64,000 nt of DNA from Candidatus Marinacidobacterales bacterium (GTDB lineage: Bacteria > Acidobacteriota > Vicinamibacteria > Marinacidobacterales > SMYC01), in contig OZ250169.1 in NCBI GenBank assembly GCA_965237955.1, positions 7,520,001 through 7,584,000 on the forward strand, read 5' to 3'. Positions within the stretch are counted from its first letter, which is position 1. The number at the start of each line of letters is the position of its first letter. Below the pieces are notes generated by a model. The model saw only the letters and a program-made list of their open reading frames with translations, was not told where the DNA came from and did no database searches. Positions 29,327-41,551 of this stretch are shown one piece after another. The position numbers were made by a program, and so were the translations under genes.

Positions 29327-30466
29327 CTAGACGGTCGTTTTCTCTTCAATGAGCCGATCGAGCTCGTCTTTCAATCTCGGCAAAATTTCGCCGTACGAAA
29401 ATGCTCCCACTTGCTCCTTGCCCTTCTTCAAGTTCACGAACTGCGGGGCACACCACAGGCCGAGATCTGCATCGTCGGTCTCGCCCGGGCCGTTGACGCG
29501 GCAGCCCATCACCGCGATGGTGATGGCATGGTCTTTCGCATAGCGCGTCATTTCCTGGACTTGCTCGGCGAGCTCCACGAACTGCTCGTTCTCGACGCGA
29601 GAACAGGATGGGCACGAGATGATGTTGAGCTCGTTCGACAGTACCTTGGGGACAGAGCGGAACCGGCCCGTGGCGATGTCTTCGAGGATCTGGTGACCGA
29701 CCTCGACCTCCTCGTGCTTGCGGGGGTTCGGGAGTGTGAGCGACACCCGAATCGTGTCTCCGATCCCTCGAGTGAGTAGCTGTTCGAACGCGATACGGGT
29801 CTTGATGACGCCGTCGGGTGGCAGCCCGGCCTCGGTCACGCCGAGATGGATGGGAACGTCGGGTCGCTCGGCGGCGAACCGGCGGTTCCCCTCGATCACG
29901 TTCGCGGGATCGGAATCCTTCAACGAAACGCAGAACCGAGTAAACCCCAGCTCGTCGAGCCACGCCGCGTGCTCGAGCGCCGACGCTACCATCGCGCCGA
30001 CGGAGTCTTCGCGAAACTCGTCCGCCCGGGCGGGGTCGAGCGAGCCACAGTTGACACCGATGCGCATAGCGCAGTCGTTCTCGCCCGCGACGTTCACGAG
30101 ACAGGCAACCTTCTCGCGCGCGGGCTTGTCGCGCTCGTGGTGGTAGAGATGGCCGGGGTTGTAACGGATCTTGTCCACATGGGGCGCCACCCTCTCCGCG
30201 AGTCGATAGCTCTCCTGCAAATCTATTGAAAGGTTCGCCTCGGTTCGCTCCCGGATGGCCTCGACGGCATCGGCGTCTTTTTGACTGTCGACGGCAATGC
30301 GCACGATACCGGCGCCGGCCCGGCGGAGCTGCTCCGCCTGCGCTACGGTCGCGTCGACGTCCTCGGTCTTCGTCGCGCACATGCTTTGCACCACGACGGG
30401 GTGGCCTTTTCCGATTGTCACGCCACCGATGGCGACGCTCCGCGTCGGGTTCCTCTCTACGGTCAT
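29327..30466 (-). CDS. ispG: (E)-4-hydroxy-3-methylbut-2-enyl diphosphate synthase
   Basis: 'VVQSM', 'RYNPG', 'RIGVNCGS', 'HLGVTEAG', '[10 protein letters not shown]', CPSC, '[12 protein letters not shown]'. Confidence 0.95.
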   Translation of the reverse strand: MTVERNPTRSVAIGGVTIGKGHPVVVQSMCATKTEDVDATVAQAEQLRRAGAGIVRIAVDSQKDADAVEAIRERTEANLSIDLQESYRLAERVAPHVDKIRYNPGHLYHHERDKPAREKVACLVNVAGENDCAMRIGVNCGSLDPARADEFREDSVGAMVASALEHAAWLDELGFTRFCVSLKDSDPANVIEGNRRFAAERPDVPIHLGVTEAGLPPDGVIKTRIAFEQLLTRGIGDTIRVSLTLPNPRKHEEVEVGHQILEDIATGRFRSVPKVLSNELNIISCPSCSRVENEQFVELAEQVQEMTRYAKDHAITIAVMGCRVNGPGETDDADLGLWCAPQFVNLKKGKEQVGAFSYGEILPRLKDELDRLIEEKTTV

Positions 30467-30585
30467 CGCCCCCATTGTAGTGTCGGGATCCAAGCGGAAG
30501 CCAGAGCAACCCCCGTTTTCCCGCCAATTTCCGGCTTTACTAGCGACCTGCAATCGGCATAGCATGAGCTGTTAGCGGAGGTTCC

Positions 30586-30916
30586 ATGGAGAAACGTTCT
30601 GAATCTCGCCTGAGCCCGGATGGCGCCATCCAGTGCACGGTGGAATGGGAAAAGGGCCGGGAGGAAGGCAAGATCCACAACATTTCTCCGCGGGGAGCGC
30701 TCCTCGAGGCCAAGAGCGATTTCGGAATCAGCCGTATCAAGCTCGTTTTGGAGCTCGATACTCTCAGTGAGCCTTTGACCCTCGACGCCGCCATCCGCTG
30801 GCACGCCGTGTCCCCCCAAGGACGAGACCGACCACTATGGTCTTGTGTTTCGCCACTTGGATGAAGACACTCAGGAAAAGCTTGATCGAGCCATCGAGTC
30901 CCTCACCGCTCCCTAG
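30586..30916 (+). pseudogene. PilZ-domain protein with +1 frameshift in a C6 tract
   Basis: RxxxR (KRSESR) and NISPRG motifs. Removing one C at 30812-30817 restores 'PKDETDHYGLVFRHLDEDTQEKLDRAIES'. Confidence 0.75.
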
Positions 30917-30961
30917 GACCACTGTCGTCGGCCAAGCCGGGCGTCGGAGCAACTCTATTAC

Positions 30962-32062
30962 ATGAAGTTCGAAACTTTCGTTATGGAGCGCACCCAGTCT
31001 ATCTGGGAGAATCAAGTCGAGATCAATCTCGCCGAGAGCGGGGTCGAGCCGCTTGTGCTCGGGGAGCTGCTCGACGGCGGATCGGTGAACGATACCCGCC
31101 TCGGCTATCCACAAACCAACGGCACCGAGGAGCTGCGCGACGCCATAAGCGACCTCTACCCCGGCACCGATGCCGACAACTTCGTCGTCACCAATGGCAC
31201 CGCGGAAGCCAACTACATTTCCGTTCTCACCACCCTCGAGCCGGGCGAAGAAGCCATCGTCATGCTTCCGAACTACATGCAGGTTTGGGGTCTCGCAAGG
31301 AATCTCGGTGCGACCGTGACCTCGCTCCCCCTTCATGAAGAGCAGGGCTGGGCGATCGATCCGGACGAGCTCAAAAAACTCGTCACCGACAAAACGAAGC
31401 TCATCGCCTTGTGCAACCCGAACAACCCGACGGGAGCGGTGATGAGCGACGACACGATAAGGGAAGTCGCTAAAATCGCCGGCAGCGTGGGCGCATGGAT
31501 TCTCGCGGACGAAGTCTATCTCGGCGCCGAGCTCCAAGGGGACACCTCTTCGACTTACTGGGGCTGGTACGATCGCTTGCTGGTCACCGCGGGGCTCTCC
31601 AAAGCGTACGCGCTCCCCGGGCTCCGCGTCGGTTGGGTCGTCTCAGACCCCGAGACCATCGAGAAACTCTGGTCTCGCAAGGACTATACCAGCATCGCTG
31701 TCGGCGCGCTATCGGACCGCCTTGCGCGAGTGGCCCTCGAGCCGGCGCGTCGCACCAAAATACTCGCGCGCACGCGGAAGATCCTGAACGACCAGTTGCC
31801 GCTCGTCGCATCCTTCGTGGAGCGCCATGGCAATCGCATCTCCTGGGTTCCGCCGAAAGCCGGCGCGATCGCGTACGTCCGCTACGCGTGGGACATCAAC
31901 TCAACCGAGCTCATGGAGAAGCTCCGTGACGAGAAGGGTGTTTTCGTCGTGCCCGGCGATCATTTCCACATGGACCGCTACCTGCGCATCGGTTTCGGCT
32001 ATGACAAAGAGGAGCTCGAGAAGGGACTCGAGCGGTGTTCAGAGCTCCTCGAAGGCATTTAA
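30962..32062 (+). CDS. PLP-dependent aminotransferase class I/II
   Basis: 'NPNNPTG', 'DEVY', 'SKAYALPGLRVGW'. Confidence 0.92.
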   Translation: MKFETFVMERTQSIWENQVEINLAESGVEPLVLGELLDGGSVNDTRLGYPQTNGTEELRDAISDLYPGTDADNFVVTNGTAEANYISVLTTLEPGEEAIVMLPNYMQVWGLARNLGATVTSLPLHEEQGWAIDPDELKKLVTDKTKLIALCNPNNPTGAVMSDDTIREVAKIAGSVGAWILADEVYLGAELQGDTSSTYWGWYDRLLVTAGLSKAYALPGLRVGWVVSDPETIEKLWSRKDYTSIAVGALSDRLARVALEPARRTKILARTRKILNDQLPLVASFVERHGNRISWVPPKAGAIAYVRYAWDINSTELMEKLRDEKGVFVVPGDHFHMDRYLRIGFGYDKEELEKGLERCSELLEGI

Positions 32063-32082
32063 GAAACTGCTCCACGGGTGCG

Positions 32083-32213
32083 GCCATCAGCCATCGGCCA
32101 TCAGCAGGGCGGAGTTGTGCTGATACCTAGCAGTTGAAAGCAACTCAGAGCTTGAGTCGGAGCTCGAAGCAACTAGCCGAGCTGAGGCCTGCTGACGGCC
32201 GATGGCCGACGGC
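32083..32213. repeat. 131-bp element with 26-bp heptamer-based terminal inverted repeats
   Basis: gccatcagccatcggccatcagcagg ... cctgctgacggccgatggccgacggc, between convergent genes. Confidence 0.8.
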
Positions 32214-32219
32214 AACAGC

Positions 32220-33506
32220 TCATGTACGTTCACGCATTGGTACAAAATCACGCTCGTCTTCACCTATATACAACTGCTGCGGACGGGCGATCTTCTGCTC
32301 GGGGTCGCTCAGCATCTCCTCCCACTGCGCGATCCAGCCGGACGTGCGGGGGATGGCGAAGAGCACCGGGAATACGCTCACCGGAAAGCCCATCGCCTCG
32401 TAGATGATTCCGGAGTAGAAATCGACGTTGGGGTACAGCCGACGCTTGACGAAGTAGTCTTCTTGTAGCGCGATGCGCTCGAGCTCGACGGCGATGTCGA
32501 TGAGAGGGTTTTTGCCCGTCACCTCGAAGACCTCGTGCGCCGTCGTCTTGACGATCTTCGCGCGCGGGTCGTAACTCTTGTAGACGCGGTGACCGAAACC
32601 CATGAGGCGGACCTCGCCGTTTTGTACGCGCTTGATGAAATTACCAACTTTGTCCTTCGAGCCGATCTCGGCAAGCATGCGCAGTACGGCCTCGTTCGCA
32701 CCTCCGTGAAGTGGGCCGTAGAGCGCAGACGCTGCGGCCGCCGTCGCTGAATAGGGGTCCGCTTCGGAGCTTCCCACGCTCCTCATCGCGTTTGCCGAGC
32801 AGTTTTGCTCGTGATCGGCATGAAGGATGAACAGCACCTCGAGCGCCTTCTCCAGAACCGGGTCCGGTGTGAAGTTGTTCGTCATGCAGAACATCATCTT
32901 CAGGAAGTTCCCGGTATAGGACAGATCGTTGTCGGGGTAGGTGAAGCGCATGCCGATCGTGTGTCGGTAGGCGAACGCGGCGAGGGTCGGCACTTTGGCA
33001 ATGAGACGATGGGTTTGAAGCGCCCTCGAATCGGCGTCACGAATGTTCTTCGCGTCCGGATAGAACGTGGATAGCGCCGCGACCATGCTCACGAACATCC
33101 CCATCGGATGCGCGTCGTAGCGAAAGCCCTCGACAACCCTCTTGATGTACTCGTGGATGATGGTGTGGTTGGTAATGTCGTGCTCGAACGCGTCGTACTG
33201 ACTCTTCGTGGGAAGCTCGCCGTTGAGAAGCAAGTAAGCGACCTCGAGGTAGTTCGACTGTTCGGCAAGCTGTTCGATCGGATAGCCACGGTACCTCAGG
33301 ATTCCCTTCTCACCGTCGATGTAAGTGATCCTGCTCTTGCAGGACGCGGTGTTCTTGAATGCAGGGTCGTAGCTCTTGAGCCCGTCGTCGTCGTCGTCGA
33401 CGCGGATCTGGCGCAGATCCGCCGCACGGATAGCGCCATCTTCGACGGGAATTTCGTAGGTCTTGCCCGTACGATTGTCGGTAATGTTGAGCGAATCGCG
33501 GCCCAT
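32220..33506 (-). CDS. gltA: Citrate synthase
   Basis: 'LRYRGYPI', 'LHADHEQN', 'GPLHGGANE', 'MGFGHRVYK', 'YPNVDFYSG'. Confidence 0.97.
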   Translation of the reverse strand: MGRDSLNITDNRTGKTYEIPVEDGAIRAADLRQIRVDDDDDGLKSYDPAFKNTASCKSRITYIDGEKGILRYRGYPIEQLAEQSNYLEVAYLLLNGELPTKSQYDAFEHDITNHTIIHEYIKRVVEGFRYDAHPMGMFVSMVAALSTFYPDAKNIRDADSRALQTHRLIAKVPTLAAFAYRHTIGMRFTYPDNDLSYTGNFLKMMFCMTNNFTPDPVLEKALEVLFILHADHEQNCSANAMRSVGSSEADPYSATAAAASALYGPLHGGANEAVLRMLAEIGSKDKVGNFIKRVQNGEVRLMGFGHRVYKSYDPRAKIVKTTAHEVFEVTGKNPLIDIAVELERIALQEDYFVKRRLYPNVDFYSGIIYEAMGFPVSVFPVLFAIPRTSGWIAQWEEMLSDPEQKIARPQQLYIGEDERDFVPMRERT

Positions 33507-33594
33507 AAAGCTCTTTCCTCCTGTGTCGAGCGCGGACGAAGCCGAACTTAATATTCTACCTTTTCTCGAGCCCGCGATGGTAATAACAGCTAAG

Positions 33595-33713
33595 GATCAC
33601 GCGTTCTCCCGGGAGTACCACGACGCGACCCGATCGCGCGCGAAGGGTTTCTAGAGTGGCTCGACCGCTACGTGCTCTCGGTCGCGGACCATGAGGACTA
33701 TCTCGAGCGCGTC
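33595..33713 (+). pseudogene. Relic of a CoA-transferase subunit A C-terminus
   Basis: 'DHAFSREYHDATRSR', a 2-nt GC slip, then 'EGFLEWLDRYVLSVADHEDYLERV'. Confidence 0.55.
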
Positions 33714-34317
33714 AACCCTCGAGCACGGTCCCGAGCGCGGACTTGATCGCCTGAAGACGCCGCTCGAAGTCGTCGTCGTCCACCGCCGGCGTCAGCTCGG
33801 TGAGCTCGACATCCCAGGGCAGCGGCACGAACTGACCACCGCCTTCCCTATCCGTGACGTCCGCGACATCGTTGAATTTGTAGGTCCGCCGCAAGTGGTA
33901 GACGCGCAGCACGAGGGCGACGAGGCCAGGATCGCCGCTTTCGTAGCGGCGCACCGCCTCGACGCGCGTGAGTGCCTGCTCGTGCTCGATGCGGCCGAAG
34001 ACTGAAGCGGACTGCAGGGGAATGGCGGCCACCACTTCGGCGAAGTCCCGAATCCTGGTATGGCCGGCCATCGGCGGTTTGAGCTCGTGCCGCCAGCTCA
34101 TCCATACGTCCGGTCGGATGGCTTCGGGGTCTTGTCCGGAATAGGACGGGAAAATGATGAATTCTTTGTGGTTCGAATCCCACGCTTTGTGAAGGACGAT
34201 GAGGCTCGCGCCCTCGTGCAAGTCGCGTGCGATGACGGACCACGTCTTCACCGCGAGCTGATCCGAAACATACGATTTCGCCGTCTCCGTCTCCGAAGTC
34301 TCTGTATTCTCTGCCAC
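33712..34317 (-). CDS. DUF1802-family protein
   Basis: 'AVKTWSVI..L..G', 'F.IFPSY..Q', 'LVLRVY', 'P.VDDDDF'. Confidence 0.65.
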   Translation of the reverse strand: MAENTETSETETAKSYVSDQLAVKTWSVIARDLHEGASLIVLHKAWDSNHKEFIIFPSYSGQDPEAIRPDVWMSWRHELKPPMAGHTRIRDFAEVVAAIPLQSASVFGRIEHEQALTRVEAVRRYESGDPGLVALVLRVYHLRRTYKFNDVADVTDREGGGQFVPLPWDVELTELTPAVDDDDFERRLQAIKSALGTVLEG

Positions 34318-34360
34318 TCTATCTAAATCTCCCTAACCGTTAGAATATAGTAAGGCTAAC

Positions 34361-35089
34361 ATGACGCACTCCGAACTTGCAGGCAAAGTGGCTCTGGTGA
34401 CCGGCTCGACTCGAGGCATCGGGTGCGCGATCGCGGAATCCCTCGCTGCTGCCGGCGCCACCGTCGCCGTCTCGGCGCGTCGGGAAAAAGACGTTTCCGA
34501 GACCGTGGCGGCGATGACACAAAACGGCTGGGACGTTCTCGGCTCCGCGTGCGACGTCAGACGCTACGACGAAGTCACTGCTCTCATGGCCTATGTTGCC
34601 GATGAAGCTTCGGGGCTCGACATTCTCGTCAACAACGCCGGCGTCGGGATTTTCGGTTCCATCGCCGAGCTTTCGCCGGAAAGCTGGGATCAAGTCATCG
34701 GGACGAACCTCACCGGAGTCTTCTACTGCTCGCACGCCGCTCTGCCCTATCTCAAAAAGCGGGGCGGCGGGGCGATCATCAATATCAGCAGCCTCGCGGG
34801 CAAGAACGCGTTCAAAGGCGGCGCGGCCTACAACGCTTCCAAATTCGGGCTCGAGGGGCTGAGCGAGGCGATGATGCTCGACTTGCGTTACCAGAACATC
34901 AAAGTCGCCTACGTCATGCCGGGAAGCGTCGCTACCGAGTTCGCCGGCCGAGGCTCGGGCGACGGCGACGACTGGCGCCTCAGCTCGGAAGACGTCGCCG
35001 AGGTGGTCATGGGAATTCTCGCACAGGACCATCGGGCGCTTGCGAGCAGGGTCGAGCTACGCCCGTTTCAGCCGCCGCAAAAAAAGTAG
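34361..35089 (+). CDS. Short-chain dehydrogenase/reductase
   Basis: TGSTRGIG, NNAG, YNASK. Confidence 0.92.
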   Translation: MTHSELAGKVALVTGSTRGIGCAIAESLAAAGATVAVSARREKDVSETVAAMTQNGWDVLGSACDVRRYDEVTALMAYVADEASGLDILVNNAGVGIFGSIAELSPESWDQVIGTNLTGVFYCSHAALPYLKKRGGGAIINISSLAGKNAFKGGAAYNASKFGLEGLSEAMMLDLRYQNIKVAYVMPGSVATEFAGRGSGDGDDWRLSSEDVAEVVMGILAQDHRALASRVELRPFQPPQKK

Positions 35090-36469
35090 AACCCGGCTCA
35101 CCGCAAACGCGAACAAGATCGCGAGGAACGGCTCGAGCTCCCACCGCATGCGATCGTTCTCGCCGATCTCGATGAGATTGGTCACCGCGCTGACCCAAAC
35201 GATGCAAACGAGCATGAAGACAAACGGACCTCGCGGCCGACCTCGAGCTCCGACGACGAGCAGTACCGGAAACAGCACGAGCCAGAGGTTCGGGGGCGGC
35301 GCCAGCATCCGGATGGGTCGCTCGACGTTGCCGCCGAGAAACACGTACTGCGTCCACGCGTCGCGGTAGCCATGCACTCTTTCGAAGTCGTAGTCGACGA
35401 GAACGTGCACCGAGTTCGGCCCCGGCTGGAGAAACAGCATGATCGACGTGACCACGCGGCGCGCGTATCGCCCGGGATAGCTCATGATCAGGCCGGTGTC
35501 CGCCTCGAGGAGCGCATCCGAGATCGCGACGTAGTCACGATGGTTGAAGTTCGGCTCTCCGTTCGACTTGTACGGGGCGTCGAGCGTGGGATGTTCGCTC
35601 GTTCCGTTCTCGAAAAAGCCGAACCGCTGATAGTAATCCGGCTCTTGAAACGGGCGTCGCTGCCAGAACTCGGGAAGCTTTCCCTGGGATTTGAGCTCGG
35701 CGACTTCTCGTTGCGAGAGCGGCCACCTTTTGGTCAAGCTCAGGCCGAGCCAGGTGCTGCCCGAATAGCTACCGACGAGGACGTAGTTCTTCAGAAACAG
35801 AAGATTCGTCATCAACAGCGGTATGGCACACGCGATCAGGAATCGCTTGCGCTCGAGCCGCTTATGGACGAACGGCGCGAGCGCGGCAGCGGCGACGACG
35901 AGCCATAGCAGGTGGAACACGGAGCGCGTCATCATGATCGCGAGGACGAGGCCCGAGAACGTGACCAGAGCGGCGCGAGAGCTCTTTTCCAAATACACGG
36001 TAAGCGCCACGGCGGACGACACGAGCAGGAACGCCACCGGCAGCGTGTAGAACAACCAGTGGCGATAGACCGGAAACCCCGGCGACAGCGCAAACAGCAA
36101 ACACACCGCGCCGCTCACGCCATCCGGAATCTGAAACCGCCGCATGAGCCACGCCATCCCCAAGAGCATCCCGAGCGCCATGGCGCCGTAGAGCGCCGAG
36201 AACACAGCGCTGTAGGATTCGGGGAACATCTTCACCACGACACCGAGAAATAAATTGAACAGAGGCGGCTGCGCATGGAGATAGTAGAGCCCTCGAGCCA
36301 GGTCTTCCCGCAGCACCGTGGGGTCGAGGTATTGGTACAGTGTGCCGAGGGTCTCCGCTGCGAAGCGAACGCCGAGGTAGCGCGCGAGGACCTCACTCGA
36401 GACGAAGACCGCGACGACCCAAATATAGATGGAGACTCGGCGAAGCATGAGCCAGCGCGAGAATAGCAC
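35057..36469 (-). CDS. Polytopic membrane protein, GT-C-like
   Basis: 'YQYLDP..L', 'YLHAQPPLFN', 'GENDRMR'; about 11 TM segments. Confidence 0.6.
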   Translation of the reverse strand: MLFSRWLMLRRVSIYIWVVAVFVSSEVLARYLGVRFAAETLGTLYQYLDPTVLREDLARGLYYLHAQPPLFNLFLGVVVKMFPESYSAVFSALYGAMALGMLLGMAWLMRRFQIPDGVSGAVCLLFALSPGFPVYRHWLFYTLPVAFLLVSSAVALTVYLEKSSRAALVTFSGLVLAIMMTRSVFHLLWLVVAAAALAPFVHKRLERKRFLIACAIPLLMTNLLFLKNYVLVGSYSGSTWLGLSLTKRWPLSQREVAELKSQGKLPEFWQRRPFQEPDYYQRFGFFENGTSEHPTLDAPYKSNGEPNFNHRDYVAISDALLEADTGLIMSYPGRYARRVVTSIMLFLQPGPNSVHVLVDYDFERVHGYRDAWTQYVFLGGNVERPIRMLAPPPNLWLVLFPVLLVVGARGRPRGPFVFMLVCIVWVSAVTNLIEIGENDRMRWELEPFLAILFAFAVSRVLLFLRRLKRA

Positions 36470-36520
36470 GACCGACCACTCGGTTTCCCCGTCGGCTATA
36501 ATCGCGATCAGGAGATTCTC

Positions 36521-37327
36521 ATTAACGTCACAACGAAAGTCGATCGCATCGAGGCAGGTTCACGACAAACCCGGGACGACCAGGTCGCGGTAGAAGAGCC
36601 GCTCGAGATCCGTCTCGACGGCAAGAGCGTGGCTGTCGTGATGCGAAGCCCGGGAAACGACGAAGAGCTGGCGGCCGGATTCCTCTACACGGAAGCGATC
36701 ATCAAGAGCGCCGACGAGCTCGAATCGGTAACGCACCGGCACGACCCCAAAAATCAGGATCTCGCGAATGTGGTCGATGCGGTGACGTACGAAGGCATCG
36801 ATCTGAAGAAGCGAGGCTGGCAGCGCAACTTCCTTTCCGCATCGAGCTGCGGTTTGTGCGGCAAGCTGACGATCGAGTCCGTTCGCCTCCAAGTCCCGTC
36901 CGTCCGCGACGACAAGCTGAGCGTGACGCCCGCGCTCCTGCGCACGCTACCCGACAAGATGCGGGCCGAGCAGACAGGCTTCGACAAGACCGGCGGCATC
37001 CACGCGGCCGGACTCTTCGACCGAGAGGGAAACCTCCTCCTTGTCCGAGAGGACATCGGCCGCCACAACGCCGTGGACAAAATAATAGGTGCGGCGTTTC
37101 TCGCCGGCGACGTGCCTTTGCGCGGACACGTTCTCATGGTGAGCGGGCGCACGAGCTTCGAGATCGTGCAGAAGGCTCTCATGGCGCGCATCCCGCTCGT
37201 CGCTGCCGTCTCGGCTGCCTCGAGCCTCGCGGTCGAGCTCGCGGATTCCTGCAGCATGGGCCTCGTCGGCTTTCTCCGCGACGACTCTTTGAACGTGTAC
37301 GCCGGCAGCGACCGGATAAAGGACTAA
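36521..37327 (+). CDS. fdhD: Formate dehydrogenase accessory sulfurtransferase, probable ATT start
   Basis: 'VAVEEPLEI', 'SSCGLCG', 'TGGIHAA', 'EDIGRHNAVDK'. The conserved N-terminus lies upstream of the first GTG (36629). Confidence 0.9.
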   Translation: MNVTTKVDRIEAGSRQTRDDQVAVEEPLEIRLDGKSVAVVMRSPGNDEELAAGFLYTEAIIKSADELESVTHRHDPKNQDLANVVDAVTYEGIDLKKRGWQRNFLSASSCGLCGKLTIESVRLQVPSVRDDKLSVTPALLRTLPDKMRAEQTGFDKTGGIHAAGLFDREGNLLLVREDIGRHNAVDKIIGAAFLAGDVPLRGHVLMVSGRTSFEIVQKALMARIPLVAAVSAASSLAVELADSCSMGLVGFLRDDSLNVYAGSDRIKD

Positions 37328-37342
37328 CTCCAAACCGTTCTG

Positions 37343-38342
37343 ATGCGATCGCGTGTGCTCGACACCACCCCCGTCTTTCTGGCTTTCCTCGTCGTCGCAA
37401 CCTCTTCCGGGTGTCGCACCTCGGACGAGACTCCTCCAAGCACAGGCGAGTCTGCGCGCCGGGCACTCGAAGCGCTTCCCTACGCGTCGTGGACGGATGT
37501 TGCCGAGGGCAGCGCCTCGGGCGTGGTGGTTCACGATGTCAATCGAGCAAGCGCCGGGTTGAATCTCTACGTGTCTCTCGCGAGAACGAGCGCCGTTTTG
37601 ATGGATATGAACGGCACCGTCGTTCATCGTTGGTCGCGCGACAGCGGACGAGAGTGGGGTCACGTCGAGCTCTTGCCCAATCGAGAGCTCCTCGTGCTCA
37701 ACGAGGATCCGCGAAAGCTCATGCGGCTCAACTGGGAATCCTCCTTGATCTGGGAGACCCACGAGCAGGTGCACCACGATCTCGACATCTCCGCGGGCGG
37801 CGACATCTACGTGCTCACCGCGAGCAATGAACGACTTGATCTGGGAGGCGGACCGCTTCCGATCCGCGATCACGCGATTGCGATCCTCGGGCCGGATGGA
37901 AATGTAAAGAGACGTGTTCCCTTCTCGCGGCTCCTTCGTGACAAACTCGATCCCCACGCTCTCCGGGAGTTCGTCGCGACCGGTGAGAAGGTGGGAGAAC
38001 GCTATCGCCTGATGGGGGAGTTCGTCGACTTGTTCCACACGAACACGCTCGCCATCATCCCGCGCACATTCAGCGACACGTTTCAAGAAGGCTTCGTCCT
38101 CGTTTCCGCCCGCAACCTCAATCTGATCGGCGTGATCGATCTCGAGCGTGAGACGCTCGTCTGGTCGTGGGGAGAGGGTGAGCTCGATTGGCCCCACCAA
38201 CCGACTCTTCTCGAGAGCGGCAACCTGCTGATTTTCGACAACGGGTTTCATCGCGGCTACTCGAGGATCATCGAGGTCGATCCGTCGAGCGGCTCCATCG
38301 TCTGGGAGTTCAAGGGTAGTCCGCCGAAGTCGTTTCACTCGT
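37343..38342 (+). pseudogene. Arylsulfotransferase (ASST-family) lipoprotein, 3' truncated
   Basis: 'HHD', 'DLFHTN', 'WPHQP..L.SGNLLIFDNG', 'YSRIIEVDP'. Breaks after 'PKSFHS'. Confidence 0.75.
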
Positions 38343-40296
38343 CAGCTCCGTCGCCGCATCAAAATCGCCGTCGTCCAGGATCGGCGATGTCGAGTAGCGC
38401 ACGTCGTAGAACAAAGGCACGCCGAAGCCGGGCTCATCACCCGGAGAGGTAAAGCTCAACGTCAACGAGCCGGCCGGGGATGTATCCCATACTTCGATCT
38501 CGGAGATATGGACTTTGATGTTCCCGGCATTGTTCGTGCGTGCCTTGGTAACCAACACCCTCACATAGCGACCGGGGCTGTCCGGGATATCGAGCGTGTG
38601 CCACATCGACTTGGTGTCGGGTAGGCCCGTGAACGTGGCAACCGTGACGAATCCGGACATTGCGCTGTTGCTGACTTGGATCTCGACGTCCTCCGGGAAA
38701 AAAGTGGTCTGGTCGGGCGAGCGCAACCGCAGTTGGGCGATAGCTCGAACGGCGAGAGTATCGACGGTGATGTACTCGTCCTGAGGCGGGCGAGCGGGCG
38801 TGCCGAAGTAAGTCGACTCGATCCCGTCCGTCGCCATTTCCTTGCTCTTCGTGGCGCTCGCCTCTCCTGACGCGTCGATAGCGGGCGCCGGGACGAGGCT
38901 CAGCGTCGGCATGCCCGCCGTCGCAGTCAAGTCCAGGACCTGACCCGGCGCGGTCACATCGGGGGTTACGATCATCACGTCGCCGTTGGTGTGCATCGGC
39001 GACACGTTCATGGCTGCATCGACGGCTTTGATCGCGAAGTAGTACGTCGTGCTGTCGTCGAGCCCAGTGACGATGTGCATTTGTGGCATGCCTGGATCCG
39101 CCGGCGTGGGAGGCGCAGGGAACACTGGCAACGCCATGTCGAAATTCCCGGGCGTGATCGGCGACGTCGAGTAGCGCATGTCGTAACTCGACGGCCTGCC
39201 AAGAGGTCCGACGTCTGCGCGCGCAGTCCAGAGGAAGTCCGCAGTCGTTCCCGTGAAACTCGTAATCGCGAAGTCGTCGATCGGCTCGGGAGCAACCCCG
39301 GCCGTCAAGGCATCAGCGATGTTCGAGAGCAGCGACTCGTTAAGAACCTCGTCGGTCGTCGTCATCGCAAAGTAGATCATGATCTCGTCGGGAAGCCCGG
39401 TGACCGTGGCCATCTCGTCGGATCCACCGGCAAGCGGCGCGGGCAGGGCAAAGGGAAATACGTCGGGCGAATCCCAAGTGCCGGCGGTAATGGGCATCTC
39501 CGACCACCTGAGGTCGTAGCTCGTGGCCTGGCCAAACGGCCCGTTATCGCCGGGCGCGGTCCAAAGGAGATTGACTTCACCCAGAACGATCGGCGACTCG
39601 CAGACGTCGATCTCGGCGATCTGGACTTTGATTTTTCCGTTGGAGTTCGTCCGCGCCTTCGTGACTAGCACTTTGACATACCGCCCCATGGTGGGCGGTA
39701 TATCGAGCTCGTGCAAAGCGCCGTCGGCATCGGACAGACCCACGAAGGTCGCAGCCGTGACGAAATCCGACGTGGGGTTGTTGCTGACTTGAATCTCCAC
39801 GTCCTCGGGGAAGAAGCTCCCGTTCCCGCTGCGAGCAAGAAGCTTCACTTGCACGATGTTGTGCACATCGACGGTGTCGACGGTGATGTGCTCGTCCCGG
39901 GGGGCGACGGCGGGCGTGCCCCAATAGGTCCCGGGGTCATCATCGGTCGCTTTTTCCTTGGCCTTGCCGGTCGTGGCCTCCGCCGACGCATCACTCGCGC
40001 TCGCAGCCACCTCAACTGGCGTGCCAGCGGGCGCCTCCCTCAAATCGGTGATCGGATCGGGGAAATCGAAATCGCCGGTGGTGACCATCGGCTCCGCGGG
40101 CGAGATATCCGTCGGCGATGCATTGCCGACTTCGTCCAAGACTTTGATACCGAAATAGACCGTGGTCTCCGCAGGGAGACCGGTCGCGGTGAAATTCTCG
40201 ACGGTGCCGACGTTACCTGGAGTGGGAACCGGGCCGGCACCGCTCACCGGCATTGCCAGATGAAAGTTCCCGTCGTCGATGGGGAACGTCGCATAC
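38343..40296 (-). pseudogene. Internal fragment of a large surface protein with FN3 and F5/8-C (discoidin) repeats
   Basis: Repeats 'WTAPGD...SYDLR.S..PIT..NF' and 'YITVD...L..R...FFPEDVEIQVS..GRYV.V.VT...I.EI.V'. Lacks a native start (cut by IS3) and a native end. Confidence 0.75.
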
Positions 40297-40346
40297 TGAA
40301 CCGCTCCAGGTTTTCCGGAGACTCCAACTCTTGAGAGGATGGAGTC

Positions 40347-41521
<1,175 letters not shown>

Positions 41522-41551
41522 AACAGTCTCCGGAAAACCCGGAGCGGTTCA

